Positions 1 to 18,500 of a stretch of 64,000 nt of DNA are shown here, piece after piece (position 1 is the first letter of the stretch; the number at the start of each line of letters is the position of its first letter). Made by a program: the position numbers and the translations under genes. Below the pieces are notes generated by a model. That model was not told where the DNA came from and made no database searches. It saw nothing but the letters and a program-made list of their open reading frames with translations. This DNA comes from Podarcis erhardii (taxonomy: Eukaryota), in assembly GCA_964252035.1 (NCBI GenBank), contig OZ176209.1, one strand, 5' to 3'.

Positions 1-154
1 GTCTGCGCACATGCGCATGGGTTGTGATTTGACACTTCTGTGCACACGTGAGTGCCGAAACCCAGAAGTAACCCATTCTGGTACTTCTGGGTTCGGTGCA
101 GTGCGCAACCCGAAAACGCACAACCTGAAGCGTCTGTAACCTGAGGTATGACTG
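1..154. mobile_element. Tc1/mariner-type (pogo/Tigger-like) MITE, right end only
   Basis: Ends GTAACCTGAGGTATGACTG followed by TA; same terminus and subterminal repeats as the copies at 25764, 55221 and 57692. Confidence 0.75.
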
Positions 155-255
155 TAAGACCTTTCCCCAAGAAATCTGTCTTGTCTCTTTTCACAAGAGC
201 TTTGGAAACAAGCTGTTAATATTTGATAGTCTATGATAATGCAGTTCAGTTTTGA

Positions 256-4598
<4,343 letters not shown>

Positions 4599-4817
4599 AA
4601 TGGACTTGGAAGTTTCCTTCAGCTGTCAATGAAATGCAATTCTGTAAATAGGACTGGCCGAATAACTTTTGAAAGGAATGAGGCTTCTTTGCATTGTAAA
4701 TCACACTGAATCAACTGAATGTTTGTCTGTATACTATGTTTAAAATACTACATTCTTTTTTGTGTAAGTTATGTAACATCAATTTTTATGACAGTCATAT
4801 AACTGATAGTCCATGAG

Positions 4818-4883
4818 AATAAATTGGAATAAACATTTGCTACTTGGAATTCTAAGTGTTTGAAACTATTTAACACTAATAAA
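4818..4883 (+). terminator. Cluster of three AATAAA polyadenylation signals for ARL1
   Basis: AATAAA at 4818-4823, 4828-4833 and 4878-4883, 220-285 nt after the stop; T-rich sequence follows. Confidence 0.65.
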
Positions 4884-4949
4884 TATATTTAACTATCATT
4901 TATCTAGATTTTTCTATTTCATGCCTATTGCCTTTCATGTGTTCCTTTT

Positions 4950-5162
4950 GGTAAAGGGACCCCTGATTGTTAGGTCCAATGCCATTTACCTTTCCGCTGG
5001 AGCGGTATGTACTTGCACTTTGACATGCTTTTGAACTGCTAGGTTAGCAGGAGCAGGGACCGAGCAACGGGAGCTCACCCCATCGCGGGGATTCGAACCA
5101 CCGACCTTCTGATCGGCAAGCCCTACGCTCTGTGGTTTAGACCACAGCGCCACCCACGTCCC
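4950..5162 (-). mobile_element. Sauria SINE with an internal deletion of about 127 bp
   Basis: Matches the full copy at 20657 at both ends; GGGACGTGGGTGGCGCTG head on the - strand; short ACCTTT-type tail. Confidence 0.88.
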
Positions 5163-6365
5163 TTTTTTGAAGTTAAGAGTAGCTTAAATAAGTAGTCTGG
5201 GTGGCATTCTCCAACGGTTCAGAACCGTTGCAAGATGAAGCCTTGATACTTGATTGTAATGTGGGGACCCTTATTAGTGCTGCTTATACAGTTCTTTGTT
5301 TTCTCACAACCAATAGTGGAACCCTGGGCAGTTAAGTATTTTGCTTGTAGTGTAACCTGTGAAGGAAAGCCTTCAAGATATATATATATGCTTGGAAATG
5401 GAGCTGTTGTGGAGAGAAGGCAGGTTCAGAGTTAACCAGGAAGTTCTGCAGATATTTGAATATGCTTATTTAATATATTGAGGGCTGCATGGACTCAGTT
5501 GTGATTTGAGGGAAGCTATGTATCCTGAAATATTTTAAGTGAGGTAAGTGGAAAGCACCTAAGCCAGTGGTTCACTTTAGATCTGGAGACTTTCCTATAA
5601 ATTGCTAGCCGAAAGCTACAGAAGGAATCACTGTACTTGACAACCAGGTGGCTTTTTAAAAACCTAATTTGAGTTTAAAACTAGGAGAAAGAGGGGTGTT
5701 ACCACATGCCTCTATGGTATGATTCACCTTGTTGGGTACTGTATCTCCTTCAGCAATTGTTCAGTTCGGTTTTTTAAAAGCATAGCAATCAACACAAGGG
5801 TTGAAAAGCATAGGCCTCCCGCTACCGGGCCAATGGAAAGAGTAGCAGCACTTTGTCATGATACCAACACGTAAAAATGCATCTCCATGAGGAGGATTGA
5901 ACAAGGGTTCAAATCACCCAAGCTCAAGTTAATCACACATAGGAGAAAATATTTCAAAGGCTCGTTGAACACATTTCATTAGAAAAAAACACTGTATTAC
6001 CACAAACTGTACATCACTCTACAGTGAACTATAGAGCCCTGAAAGGCTCAGCCTTAATAATGTATCCTCTTAAAGAAACATTTGGAGAGAAATTTTAGGG
6101 CATCAGTTGAATAGGTTATGTATAGATTAAAATTACAAATAAATAATTAGTAATCCATAAGAGAGCTGGGTTTTTTGTCTCTGCAAGAGGTTCTTCTTCC
6201 CTGCTGTGGTTCTTAGTATATACTATTTTATAGTATATTTTATACTGTTTTATGTTGAAACATCCTCTAAATGAGTCTGGCAGGGAAGAGCACCTGCTGC
6301 AGCAGTTGTTTTCTCATGTTCTGTACAGCACGGAACATTTATAATTGGAGTCATGTGATAGTGTT

Positions 6366-6521
6366 TCACTCTACCATTGCCAAGTCTTTTAACGCATGGC
6401 TTCTTGGTTTTTTTGCTTTGTAACCAGGCCGCAGAAATTCTATTTTTCTCTTCTTTGCTTCAATTTTATTCTTGTGTCTCTTCAACTTCTTCTTGGCAGC
6501 AATGTCAGGATTAGCAACGGC
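6366..6521 (-). CDS. UTP20: UTP20 exon 62 (last coding exon)
   Basis: [51 protein letters not shown]. Confidence 0.95.
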   Translation of the reverse strand, partial: AVANPDIAAKKKLKRHKNKIEAKKRKIEFLRPGYKAKKPRSHALKDLAMVE

Positions 6522-9500
6522 CTAATCAGAAAACAAATAAAAGTCATCATGTTCACGTTTCCCCTATACATTCTGAAGTTGCCTGGATAAGCTGAACATT
6601 TTAAAGCAAATGCGAGTAAAACTAAAGTCAAACACTAACCTCCAGGGCTCTTTGTTTCTTCCGGATAGCTCTCTTCTGACTGGCTTGCTTTTGCACAGAA
6701 GCAAACGCAAGTGAAAAGGTTTCCAACCCAACCAATTTCTTCAAAAGCTCTATGATTTCTTGGGAAATATTCTTCAGAGTTGGATCTAGCAAAGATAACA
6801 TGATTTTGAATACTCAGAAGTGTCTTCAAGTGCTACAGATATATATAATGCCCCATTCTCTCTTGTGGGCACATGTTGCATTCCAACAATACGTAGGCAT
6901 GTGCAAGTCACCCCTCCTGTTGGGACACTGGAAGCATCTGCTTTTAGATTAACATGTCACCCAAACCCATAGTTAAATGGTTAGTTGAAACAAGCTGGTT
7001 TATATGAAGAAACCTTAGTGAAGGTTAGCAGCTGTTTGTCAGGGTTCAGTCGGCACAGCAAATTGCAACTAATTTAAATGGAAGCTAAAGCTTCCAACTG
7101 TGACAAAGAAAAATGAGGACCACATGCCCACTCCACCATTCAGAAAGGGCCATTCAGGTAAGCGTAGGACAGAAACACTGCACAGCTGAAACATCATCTT
7201 AAGTCCCTAAAGCAGGGGTGGGGAACTGGCAAACCATGCTATAAAAGAAAAGCCAAACCAAGCAAGACTTGACTCCAAGCCTGCTTTCTGCAGGGATCAG
7301 CTCTGTGACCCCCACTCCCAATCTGCTGGGCTTGGAATCCCCCATGTTGCACTTTAGGCAAGGGGTTGGCTATACTACTGTGACTCCCATGGGAAACTCG
7401 ATAGCACAGCCAACCCCATCAGGCTTGCTCTCACCAGCACATGATGGTGACGGGTGCAGTTTGGGATAATCTGTCTTATGGGACCAAGTGGTTTCCCACC
7501 CCTGATCTAAAGCATCCGTCATGGATGCCAGCATTTTCTGTTCCTTTTTCTTATGCTGTGTAATTATGATGATGCAAGACAACTGACCTTTTGGTACAGG
7601 AAGACCTCCTACTTAGAGGAGGGGAGGGGAGGGGAGACAGTCTCACCAAACAGCTGAGTATGACAACTCTCTTACCTTGATCTGCATAGGTACTGCTGAG
7701 TTCTCGGTATAGAGGGGCTATGATTGTAGGAAGGTATGGTTTCACCCTGTCTTTCCCAAGATCTACTGCAATGGCACCAAGGAATTTAAAGATGCAGGTT
7801 CTCTGAAAAGACACATACATTTGGTCACATGACCAGTCTGCAAAGAAAAATACTGTAAGGACCTAATTACTAGTGACTTACTTTTTCCAGAAACTCGGAA
7901 AATAGGTCTCATGTTACACAACTCTACAGACCACTGGCATTTGGTTTTTTAAAAATAAAATAATCTGTGCTCCTAGTTTTCATGTTTAGGTCTAACAAAG
8001 GGTCTGCTTGCAGTTTCTTAGCCCTACTTCATTTAAGCTGTGATGTGCTGTTCACGGGCTACATTTTGTACCATTTGCACTGACACCTTTGCACTTGTCT
8101 ATCTGAGATCCTGAAACTATTGTCAAAGTGGAAAGCATTATTTGTGAAAGTAAAATTGTTCTCTCTGAAAAACATACAAACCTTTAAAGGGTCCTTGGGT
8201 GAATATGCAGCTTCACGTGAGGCCAATGCCAAGAGTCTTTTCATCACCCACAGCAGTGTGGCTGGGCTGCTTTTCTCTTTGTCGTCTTTTGCCTCCATGG
8301 TTGAAGTCTCGTTTTCAACATCTTCTCCAGAGTCTTCTTGATCCTCAGCTTCCTGGCCCACCTCGCCACTAATTTCTTTGCCATCTTCTGGAGGAGCCAT
8401 AAGGTACAGTACTTTGGCCACAAACAGTAGATTCTTCACAACCTTAAATATAAAGCACAAATATAAAATACAAAGTTATCCAAAGACTATTTTTTAAAAA
8501 GGGTTTTTAAAATCAAGCCTATCAAACTTTTTCCACTTGGGTCATACAACAGCTATGTAACTGTGGACTACTTAACAGGTGTTTGAAAATCCCTTCATGT
8601 GTGGCCCCCCCAAAAGCCTAGGGTTCAACACCCTGGTGGCCCTAACTAATATACAGCCACCATGGCACTTGATCTTTAAAAAAATAATGTAATTACTACA
8701 GCCAAGAATGCACACACAAGATAGGAAAAGAGCACCAAGAAGAGTCGTTTCAATGAAAGAGTGGCACATTCATTTATATGGCAGGCATCAGTCATCACAC
8801 ACACCCAAATTAAGCATCAAATGGAAGAGTATCCCAATTCTACGTTGTGGAAATAAATCACTGTGGAATAACAGTAGCTCCCACTTGGTCTTCAGCTGCA
8901 CTGTATGCCTGCATAATTATAGCTTCAGCTGCTCTGTACTGATGTACCTTAAAAGCTTTGCACAAATTATAATCTTAAAACCATTCACAGCAAGTAAATA
9001 TGTAGTATCAGAATGCAATAAAAATCCAAGCAAAACACGAGAAGTACTGAGTGGTGTGATCAGTAATGTTAGGGAAAGCCTGATTAAACAAGTTAGTTTT
9101 CAGTACATGTTTAAGAAGGGAAGGCCCACTTTCATGACATCACAAGGTGACATTCCACCAGTCATGGCATGCTGCCACTGCTGACTCCCAAGGTAAGGTG
9201 CTGGACTCACATTCACTTTTGGCCAGTCTCCTTTGGGCCACTAAGACTGGGGGCATCCTTTTCCCAGGCCCCTGTGGGGCAGAGTGAGGAGGCACCACTC
9301 TCTGGAGCAGGGGGAGCATCTCAGGGAAAGGGGCTGCCTGGAGGACTCCCAAGAAGAGGGGAGAGGAGAGGAGGCTGAGGGAACAGTCCACAAGGGAGGG
9401 TGTTCAGCCCTGCAGGCAAGGGGTGACATAACTGGGCTCCTGAGCCCCACAGGGGTGCCACAGAAAGAATGTAGTTGGTCAAGGGAGCCGTGGGCTCAAA

Positions 9501-12500
9501 AAAGTTGAAAACCTCTGCTTTAGGGAGTGCTAATTTGACTTTATGCTCCAGGCACCAGAATGTCTTCAGCTGCCTCTTTCAATTGTGTGCTATTTCAACA
9601 CGCGTATCCCAAAATGTGGGGGGGAAATCTGCCAAAAACCTTACATAGTTACTCACCTGTTCTCCAAGACATGGATCTAAAAATTTGGACTTCAACTGAT
9701 GACAGAATGCTAAAGCAAGTGTTTTCATCTGTAAAAGTAAAGAAAAGTTACAATCATTCTGAAACACAGTGAAGCATGAAAGGGCTGAACTGACTGTGTG
9801 AAGAAACTGCTCTCTCTAAGAAGTACAAATATTAAGAGACAAAAAGAGACACAATCATGTGAAGCTCTATCATGACATCGAAACTAATGTTCATTTTTGT
9901 TTCTGCCATCTAATGGGAAATTGAAATGTGTATCAATGCAATAAAGGCAATTTAGGAGGGCAATGTTAACCTTTTTGTCTAGTTCTTCTGTTAAGAAGGT
10001 AGTTGCCGGTGGTTCTGTAATACTTTCTTGACTCTTTTCCAGCTTTCTTTTACTCCATTTGTTAACAAGTTCCTCTGGCTTGTGAGCAGCAAACAGCAAG
10101 CCAAAAATCTGAGAAGACGTCGACCACACCCAGCTGTGAGGGTACCATAAATGAGACTGCATATGACCTTCAGAAATAGAGAAATAGGCTTTAACTGTAC
10201 CTATTCGTACACAGAGGATTATTATTTATTCAGTCAATCAATCAATCAATCATCAATATATCGCCTTTCATCCCAAGATCTCAGGGCAGTTCAAAATACA
10301 AAAAACCCACAAACTAATAACCCTCCCCTCCCACAAACACATTACAAAGGCCTGATTGAAGAGGAATGTTTTTGCCTGGCACCTAGAGATGTCTAAAGAA
10401 GGTGTCAGGTGAGCCTCCTGGGGGAGAGCGTTCCACAAATGAGGAGCCACTGCAGAAAAGGCCCATTCCTGTGTTGCTACTCTCCAGACCTCTTGGGGAG
10501 GAGGCACATGAATAAGGGCCTCAGTCTGTTCATATGGGGGGCGGTGGTCCTTGAAGTACTGCTGTTCTAAGCTGTTTAAGGATTTATAGGTCAAAATCCA
10601 CACTCTGAATTGAGCCCAGAAACTAACTGGCAGCCAGAGCAGTCGGGCCAGAATCAGTGTGATATACTCAAACTGTCTTGCCCCAGTGAGCAACCTGGCT
10701 GTCAAATTCTGCACCAGCCGATGTTTCTGAACTGCCTTCAGAGGCAGCCCTACATAAAATGCACTGCAGAAATGTAACCTAGAGGTTAGATAACCTAAAA
10801 AGCCATTGTACACAACTCATTTTTCTTCAGGTGAGTAGCGCCCTAGGCATTACAGATCCATAAAGTGCCAAAGGTTTCAAGAGCAATATAATATGACAGA
10901 ACTACTAACCCCAAATGTTGCTCAGAATCTCACTGTGTTTATTTAGTTCAATAATATTGCATTCCTTGATTAGTTTGCTGATCAAAGTTAGGAAGCTGAA
11001 CAGCAGTCTGTCGGCAGCCTTTTCTTCAGTCTCTTCTGCAACCTTCAAAAATGGACAGTGAAAGAATGACACCCTGAAAAGCCATCAGTGTACGAACAGT
11101 GAAGAAGTTTCAATTTAAATAATTGTGGCTAAATATAAAATGCAACCAAACAACACTTGCTCTTTTTGACTTTGCAAACAGTCAACTGCCTAATTTTACA
11201 ACACTGAAATAGACTGTGGTATTCAACTATGTTTTACTAAGAGCAGACCCACTGAAATTAATAAGCAGTACTAAGTTATGTCCATTAATTCCAATGGGTC
11301 TGCTCTGAGTTGGAACTATTTTTATTTTTTATTTGTGTAACCAAAGCTACTACTAAGCAAATCTTGAATACCATCTAGTGGTGGAATAGTCAAAATAAAA
11401 TGAATTTGTAAAATATTGCAATGACACCTTGTTATTTGAGTGTTAATGTTTTTTCTCCTTGTTTTGAAGTTGAAACATTTATTGGTATATAAATCTTGTT
11501 ATGAAAATAAGGATATGAATATGTATAGGTTTTTCACATATAATGGTTTTAGTTATAAAAATAATTTGAAAGAATCTTAAAATTTTATTTCATTGCACCA
11601 CTGGGTAGGTGGGGAAAGGATAGAGAGACCATCAACATACTTATGGGGCCAAAGATCTACTTTCACTCTACAAACTGGCAGCCTACCAGGAACAGCCCCA
11701 ATTAATGACTTACATCTTTAAAATCTGAAGGATGTATTTCTTTCTCGATAATTGGGAGAATGGTCCCAAGCCTTTTTTCAAATTCAATTCCTTCAGCTTC
11801 AACAAATGTTCCACAGGCATGAGCAGCTAGCCTCTTGTGCACACGCTGTTAGGAAGGAGCAACATCATATTAGTGGAGATTTTTGTGGATGGAAGTAAGG
11901 AAGGAAGGAAGTTAGGATCTCTGCAGAAGAGATTTCTTAAGATAGTGGGCACAACTGCCTTCTCAACCACACAGCCAGCCATAATTCTTGAACCCCACAA
12001 GAAATTGACCCAGTTATGAAGGCTCCGCCAGCAAATGAAAGTTAACGGAACACAATCTCTCTCCAAAGGATTCACCTCTTGACATTCTCTCGTTTTCATT
12101 CATCTAGCAAAAACTTCTGTACAGGACAGTAGTCAAACTACTGCTGTAAGTGGTACCTTGTCACTCTTGAACCATGAGGTGAGCAGGGAAAACATCAGGT
12201 CTCGGTTTCCAGGGCTAATCTTACTGAGGAGACTTTTGACTGCCAGAGCTGACATCTTTTTGCACTTTGCTGAATCGTCGTTTACAATCATCATACATAG
12301 TGGGACAAAGAAAAGCCCACAAAATTGGTGCAGTAAACCCTGCAAAGAAGAAAGGGGAAGTCAGTATGCTTGTTTGTTGGCAATCTCTAGACTACATGAA
12401 AAATGCTGGTATCCAACCACCACACCACCCTGTAAACCTGTCAAAGCAGTCAGACCTGCTTCTGGTTCTGTGCTAGGGCTAGCTGCTTGTCTAGACAAGT

Positions 12501-15500
12501 GTTGAGGGTAGTGTACAGTTACTGGTTATATGAATACTGAGCTGAAATGCAGGTTGGTAAAGTGGGGAGAGGGGGAAGGGAGACTGCAAATAATATTCCC
12601 ATTCAGCCATGAAGCTCATTGGGTGACTCTGGCCTAATCTGTGCCAGTCCAGGTGCCCTTCAGCTTCTGGAGTCAAGGTATGTACAAGCCTTGGGGCTCA
12701 TGAGCTCCACCCCCTTGCTGCCCTGTGACTGAAGTCTTCCTGGGTTGATTGATCACAGTTTCCTGCTAATTCCAAACTGTGAAACTCCAAACCATGGTTT
12801 TAGGTCTTGTTTCATTTCCCAAGTTGGACAAATTTGGAAACGGCAGTTCCTTGACTCAGAAACACAGTGCAGCAAAGAGGAGGGGGCAATATGAGGGTGG
12901 ACCACATGGGCACAAGGCTCAGGCATCTCCCAAGTGCATCCACCCAGGCCTGAACCCTCAGCCTAATCTACATCACAGGGTTGTTGCGATAGTTAAAGTG
13001 GATGAGCAGCATGTATGCTTCCTCAAACCCTTTGTAAGAAGGGCAGTTACAAATGTGACAAAGAAAGAAAAATGAACATGAAATTCAATCCATGCAGGCC
13101 GTATTTGTCCTCAGCAATGCCAGCATACTCTGAAAAGGCAACACAGCAACACGCTCAGGAGCAGCGCCCCATATCCTATACATGTTTTCTCAAAAGTAAA
13201 TCCTGCCAAATTCAATGGGAATACCTCCCATCCAGCCTTAATGTCTTATATGAAATGCCATATTCTAGGGTTCAAGCTGAAATACGGTAAAGGTGGGAAG
13301 TTTGTGATGCAGTTATACATTACCTGGGGGAACATTTCAAAGAGGTAAGCAATCATTTCCAAAGCAGATTCTCTCCCTGTCTCATATTCATAACTAGGGC
13401 AACAACAGAACAGTATGGTCAGTGTCCTCAAGACTTCCAACAATTTTTGGCACACTAATAGCACAATCCTACACATGTTTAATCAGAAGTTAAGTTCCTT
13501 TGCATCTATTGGGACTTAGGAGATGTATTTAAGAAAAGTACACAGCATAGCATATATTTTCATATTACACCTTGCTTTTGCAAACACCTGGCCTTGAAGA
13601 ATGTTCATGTGTCTTTTCTTTAATAGCTGAATGCAAACAAGAAGTTAAATACATATGATGGTCATCACTGGAATCTGAGGTGTTATATGTGACAAACCAC
13701 TTTCTTCCTCCATACAACTTTTCTTGTGAAAGATCTCCACCTGAGACCCTGGGGAGTCACTGTCAGTCAGAATACACAGCACATAGCTAGGTAAAGAGTC
13801 TGGATCGGGTAAAACACAGCTTCCTGTGCTCATATACAAAGAAAAAAAATGTCAACAGGAACATAGAACAAAACTTCATAACCAATGAGGGAACATGGGC
13901 AGTGTAAAGAGGATATAATTTGCTTCCAATACTCTACTGAGGTTTTATCCTAGCGTCTTGGCCCTGCATGGCTCTATTACTGCGAACACTGTGTTGAGGG
14001 TCCCCATTCTGACCAGAGGGGAAAGCCCAGCCTTGTAGTTGCTATTTTTTTCCTTTATTGAGAAAATAAACAATAATCTCTGTGCACTTACTTGAGTTGG
14101 GCAAAGATGTACTCAAGGTTGGTTTTCAGCTTCTTACCAAGTGGATAATCGAGAATATATTTCAGGTAAATCTGGGGGAGTGGGTGGAAGAAAACAAGGA
14201 ACAATTGGTTAAAACTCAAAAATACCCAATTTGTGCTCTTGCCAGCTATAAAATAATTGATAAAATGGGAGCTGACGAAAAACAGTTGCTATGATAAAAG
14301 GGCATGAGCACGCCTCCCCCCCCCCCCCGCTTTAATGTCTACAAACCTGTCTGCACTGGATTCGAACTTGCTCATTTTGCCCTGTGATGGCAAAGTTTGC
14401 AACCTTCTGCATAACACCATCAATTTCGGGAACTACCAGTTTTCTGGATACAATCGCCTTTTAGAAAAGAGAAAAACATATGACTGAGTCATGCTTGTGT
14501 TCTGCATTGTGTTAAATACAATTTGAAACTCATGTTTTTTTCATTGTTTTTAATCAGCTTTCTACACATCTGCCCAAAACAATTTTGCCCAGAACAAAAC
14601 TACCAGCTTTATACACTTGGAAAAAGATTTGAGACTTCCATTTCCATTTCAACAAATGATTCTTAAAAGACAACTTGTTACAGTGCAAGCAATACCTTTA
14701 AGAGGCCAAAGGCAGTGGCCTGTCGTAATGAATCATAGATATCTTCTTCTGCATATCCAAGCAACACTTGTAGTTGTTTCTCTGTTATGTGACTCTTTGC
14801 ATTCCTCACAAGCAGAGTTACACACTGTAATTAAAATTTAGCGTTATGAACATGACCATTACAGAATGTTCTACAAGATTCAAAGTCCCCTGAGAGTTTG
14901 TAGGGCGCTCTCTACAGGTGTTGTGTGATCATCACCTCCCTACCCATTCGGGCTGCAATCTAAAACATTTACTAGGGAATAAGCCCCATTAAAAAACAGT
15001 GGAACCTCATAGGGCTGTGCCGTAAAATCTGTAGACAAGGCTCTGGGCTCACTGTTCCCCTACTTAGAGGTCAGATTGGTGGGAACCACTTTATGGGGGA
15101 GGGAATGTTAAGACTTTTTAACCATTTCACCACAAACTTTTATTTATTGCAGCAATGTACTTATTTTACCAACATGGTTTTACCTGATCGTTTTACAATG
15201 GCATGATGCTACTTTGGAACCTTAGAATGTGCAAGTTTTGTAAACCTTTGTTTTTACTGAAAATATGGGTGGTGACAAAATGCTACATGGCCGTCTCATT
15301 TTGATACCAAGGATAAGTGTCTGTGCAGTGTGATTTTGAATCTCCAAAACCGCACAGCAATGGAACTTCTACACAATGTGTGGGTCAGACCATTACAGAG
15401 AATGGGTCATCGCCACCTACAGTCCCCTTGGATATTCTAATTAGGGAGCTGCACAGTTCCCAGCTTCTGAGGATCACTGCACAGATAAAAGCCTTTTTTA

Positions 15501-18500
15501 TAAAAAAAAGTTCTGTGAACACAATTTTTTCAAAACAATTTGCAGATCTAAAGGTGTCTGAGGTCCCTTTTCTATCACACCAATCATCCATGTCACACAG
15601 GGCCATGAGTCTGGAAGAAAAGCACACTGAAAGATCAACATGGAGCTGTTCTACCAGTTATAACTTACTTTGAAACAATTTACAACCAAATGAAAATTCT
15701 GGCCTTTAGCAGCTCCTGGCTTGGCAAAGTCTTTCAGCAGAACGAAAAGCCTCTCGATTAGCTGCTCTATATTCTTGTCTACTGCCGGCAATGGGAACTT
15801 TAAGACCCACAGAAGGGACTGGAGAGAGCCAGTGATCACCTGCAAAGAGAACATATGAATTAAGAAAGAAAGCTAGGTGGGTATATAGAAATGTTTTGTA
15901 CCAGCCACAAATCCCTTGAAACTGGAATTCTTGAGCTTTTTGATCACGTGAGGGATGCCACTTTTCCCAATGCCCGCCACACAATCCACGCTTGAGTGGC
16001 AATTCACATTGATGTCGACAGTCTTCAAGAGTCAGGAGCAAGTGTCAATGTCAAGTGCAACTCCTTCACCCACCTCCTATTATGCTTCTGCTTTGGTGCA
16101 AAGACTCTGGTTTGTATTAAATGATATTTCTGCAGTGCAGGTGTAATAGGGAACTCTGGTTCGTATTAAACCAGAGTTTCCTATTACACCTGCACTGCAG
16201 AAACATGGTTTGATGTCAGTTAAGAAACCAGGAAAATAAGTCTCAATGATCTTGACTGGATTCTAAGTAATCAGTATTTGAAAGTTAGAATTCCCCCCAG
16301 TTCCTTTATTGATCTTAGTGACAGAATGAAGAATTTTGGCCCAGGCTGAACTTTGCCATCTGCCAGCATTGCAGAGGTTAGAGCTATTTCACTGAGTTCA
16401 GAATCCTACCTTAACATCTGTGGACTGAAGGCAGTCGACAAGCAGCTGAACAAAAGGATCCAACATTTCTAAAGTGTGATCATCTGAGGAATTTATTTTG
16501 GACCTCTTCAGACTCATGTGCAGTAGCTATAATAGGAAATAAGTGCTTGGAATTAAATGCATAAATTAAAAGGGGTAATAGATCTGAAAAACCAAATTGT
16601 TTAATAGAAGACTACTACGACTACTACTACTACTACTACTACTACTAATAATAATAGTAATAATATTTATACCCCACCCATCCAACTGGGTTTTCCCAGC
16701 CACTCTGGGCAGCTTACAGCATATATCAAGGGCAACCTCGGGTTGTTAGCAGCCAAAGGCTTCAGAAGATAACTGACATGCTATGCAATTTCAGTGATAT
16801 CTTGGAAATACAGCTTTTAAATTAAGACCTGAGAAACACACGAAGGATCAGAGGCATGGGGTAAATCGATGGAGAAAAAGATTCTCACCACCCCTCAATG
16901 TCAACTCTATGCTGCTCATTCATGGCTCCATGCCTACCTAAGAAAATCTCCCTACAGTCCCAATGGGGAAAGTGCGCTATAAAGCAGTAAATCTCCATAA
17001 CCACATTTTTCTACAACATGAAATAAGCCAGTGCACTCATCCTCACTCCTCTCCCCAACCTTCCTCTGTGCCTTGTGTTCCTCTCACTTCCTGTTTAACA
17101 GCAAACACCTACACTGGCAAACTGAAGTTTTTGCAAGCTATAGTTTACCCAGTTTCAATGTAATGGTGAAATGTGGTTTGTCACTAAACTGATAATAAAG
17201 AATGAAGTTAGAACGTGCAAGGGTTGGAAGAAACATGTGAGCACAACAAAAATCGTCCTAATCCTCCCAACCACAGGTTGGACAAAAAGGAACATTATGT
17301 CTGAATTGACCCACTGCCTCAAACTTTTCACAAGCTGGAGATGAGGGCAAGATGAGCATTACTGCCATCCCTTATGAAGTGATGTTGGGCATGGCTAGAG
17401 TGGTCAGAGGAGTATATTCTATACTACCCACCCCAATCAGATGAAGGAAACAAGAAGTATTAAATTGACTAGAGCACAGCTATGTTTCCCCCCCCAAAAT
17501 ATTCCTGCACTGAAGCATAAAGAAATATGTTTTGATTTCATTTTTAAGCACACAGGGCACCTCTTACATACCCGTAGCCCTGATTCAACCAGAATGTGCA
17601 TGTTTGTCTTGCTGCTCACAGGTGCCTTCTGCCCTCCTCGAACTGGAGCTGGTGGAAGCAAGAGGCAGCTCTTTGGTTGCAAACGAGGATCTGGAGGAGC
17701 AGGAGCTTTGGTTCTTAAAACAAAACAAACTTTTCAGCTAGAATTAAGGCCTTAATTCATCTGGGCCGAGAACAGACATCACATTGAGCCAAGAGGAGAA
17801 TCTTAGAATTGAAGAGTTGCAAGAGTCTCCCAAGGGTCATCTACAGTCCAACCTCCTGCAAAGAATCTCCTTTCTTGTAACTTGGATCCATTGGTTCAAA
17901 ACTACATTGAATGAAAACTTCCTGAGTGACTGAAAATCAAGGCCAGTATATCTGAAGGAGCGTCTCCACCCCCATCGTTCTACCCGGACACTGAGGTCCA
18001 GCACCAAGGGCCTTCTGGCAGTTCCCTCACTGCGAGAAGCCAAGTTACAGGGAACCAGGCAGAGGGCCTTCTTGGTGGTGGCACCCGCCCTATGGAACGC
18101 CCTCCCACCAGATGTCAAAGAGAAAAACAACTACCAGACTTTTAGAAGACATCTGAAGGCAGCCCTGTTTAGGGAAGCTTTTAATATTTGATGTATCACA
18201 GTATTTTAATATTCTTTTGGATGCCGCCCAGAGTGGCTGGGGAAGCCCAGCCAGATGGGCGGGGTATAAATAATAAATAATAATAATTATTATTAGGCAA
18301 GCCTGGGACTTTAATGACACTACTTCACAACATATGGCTTGCAAGTAGTAGTCTTTGTGACAGAGGAGCAATCCTGGAAAAATGGGTCCAACATACTTCT
18401 GTGAGTAAATACATTTTCAGAAGTGGCCAATTTGATCATCCTAGCAAGCAGAAGAAAAGACAACTGGATTTGAATTAACTTTCTACAAACTCACTTTGCT

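Noticed and set aside
7618-7634. GGGGA repeats as a G-quadruplex
   Set aside because: Only three full G-tracts; a common low-complexity motif.
9140-9520. GC-rich block with several overlapping ORFs
   Set aside because: Looks like a decayed hAT-type element (right end AAAGTTGAAAACCTCTG); the ORFs are a composition effect and I could not define the left end.
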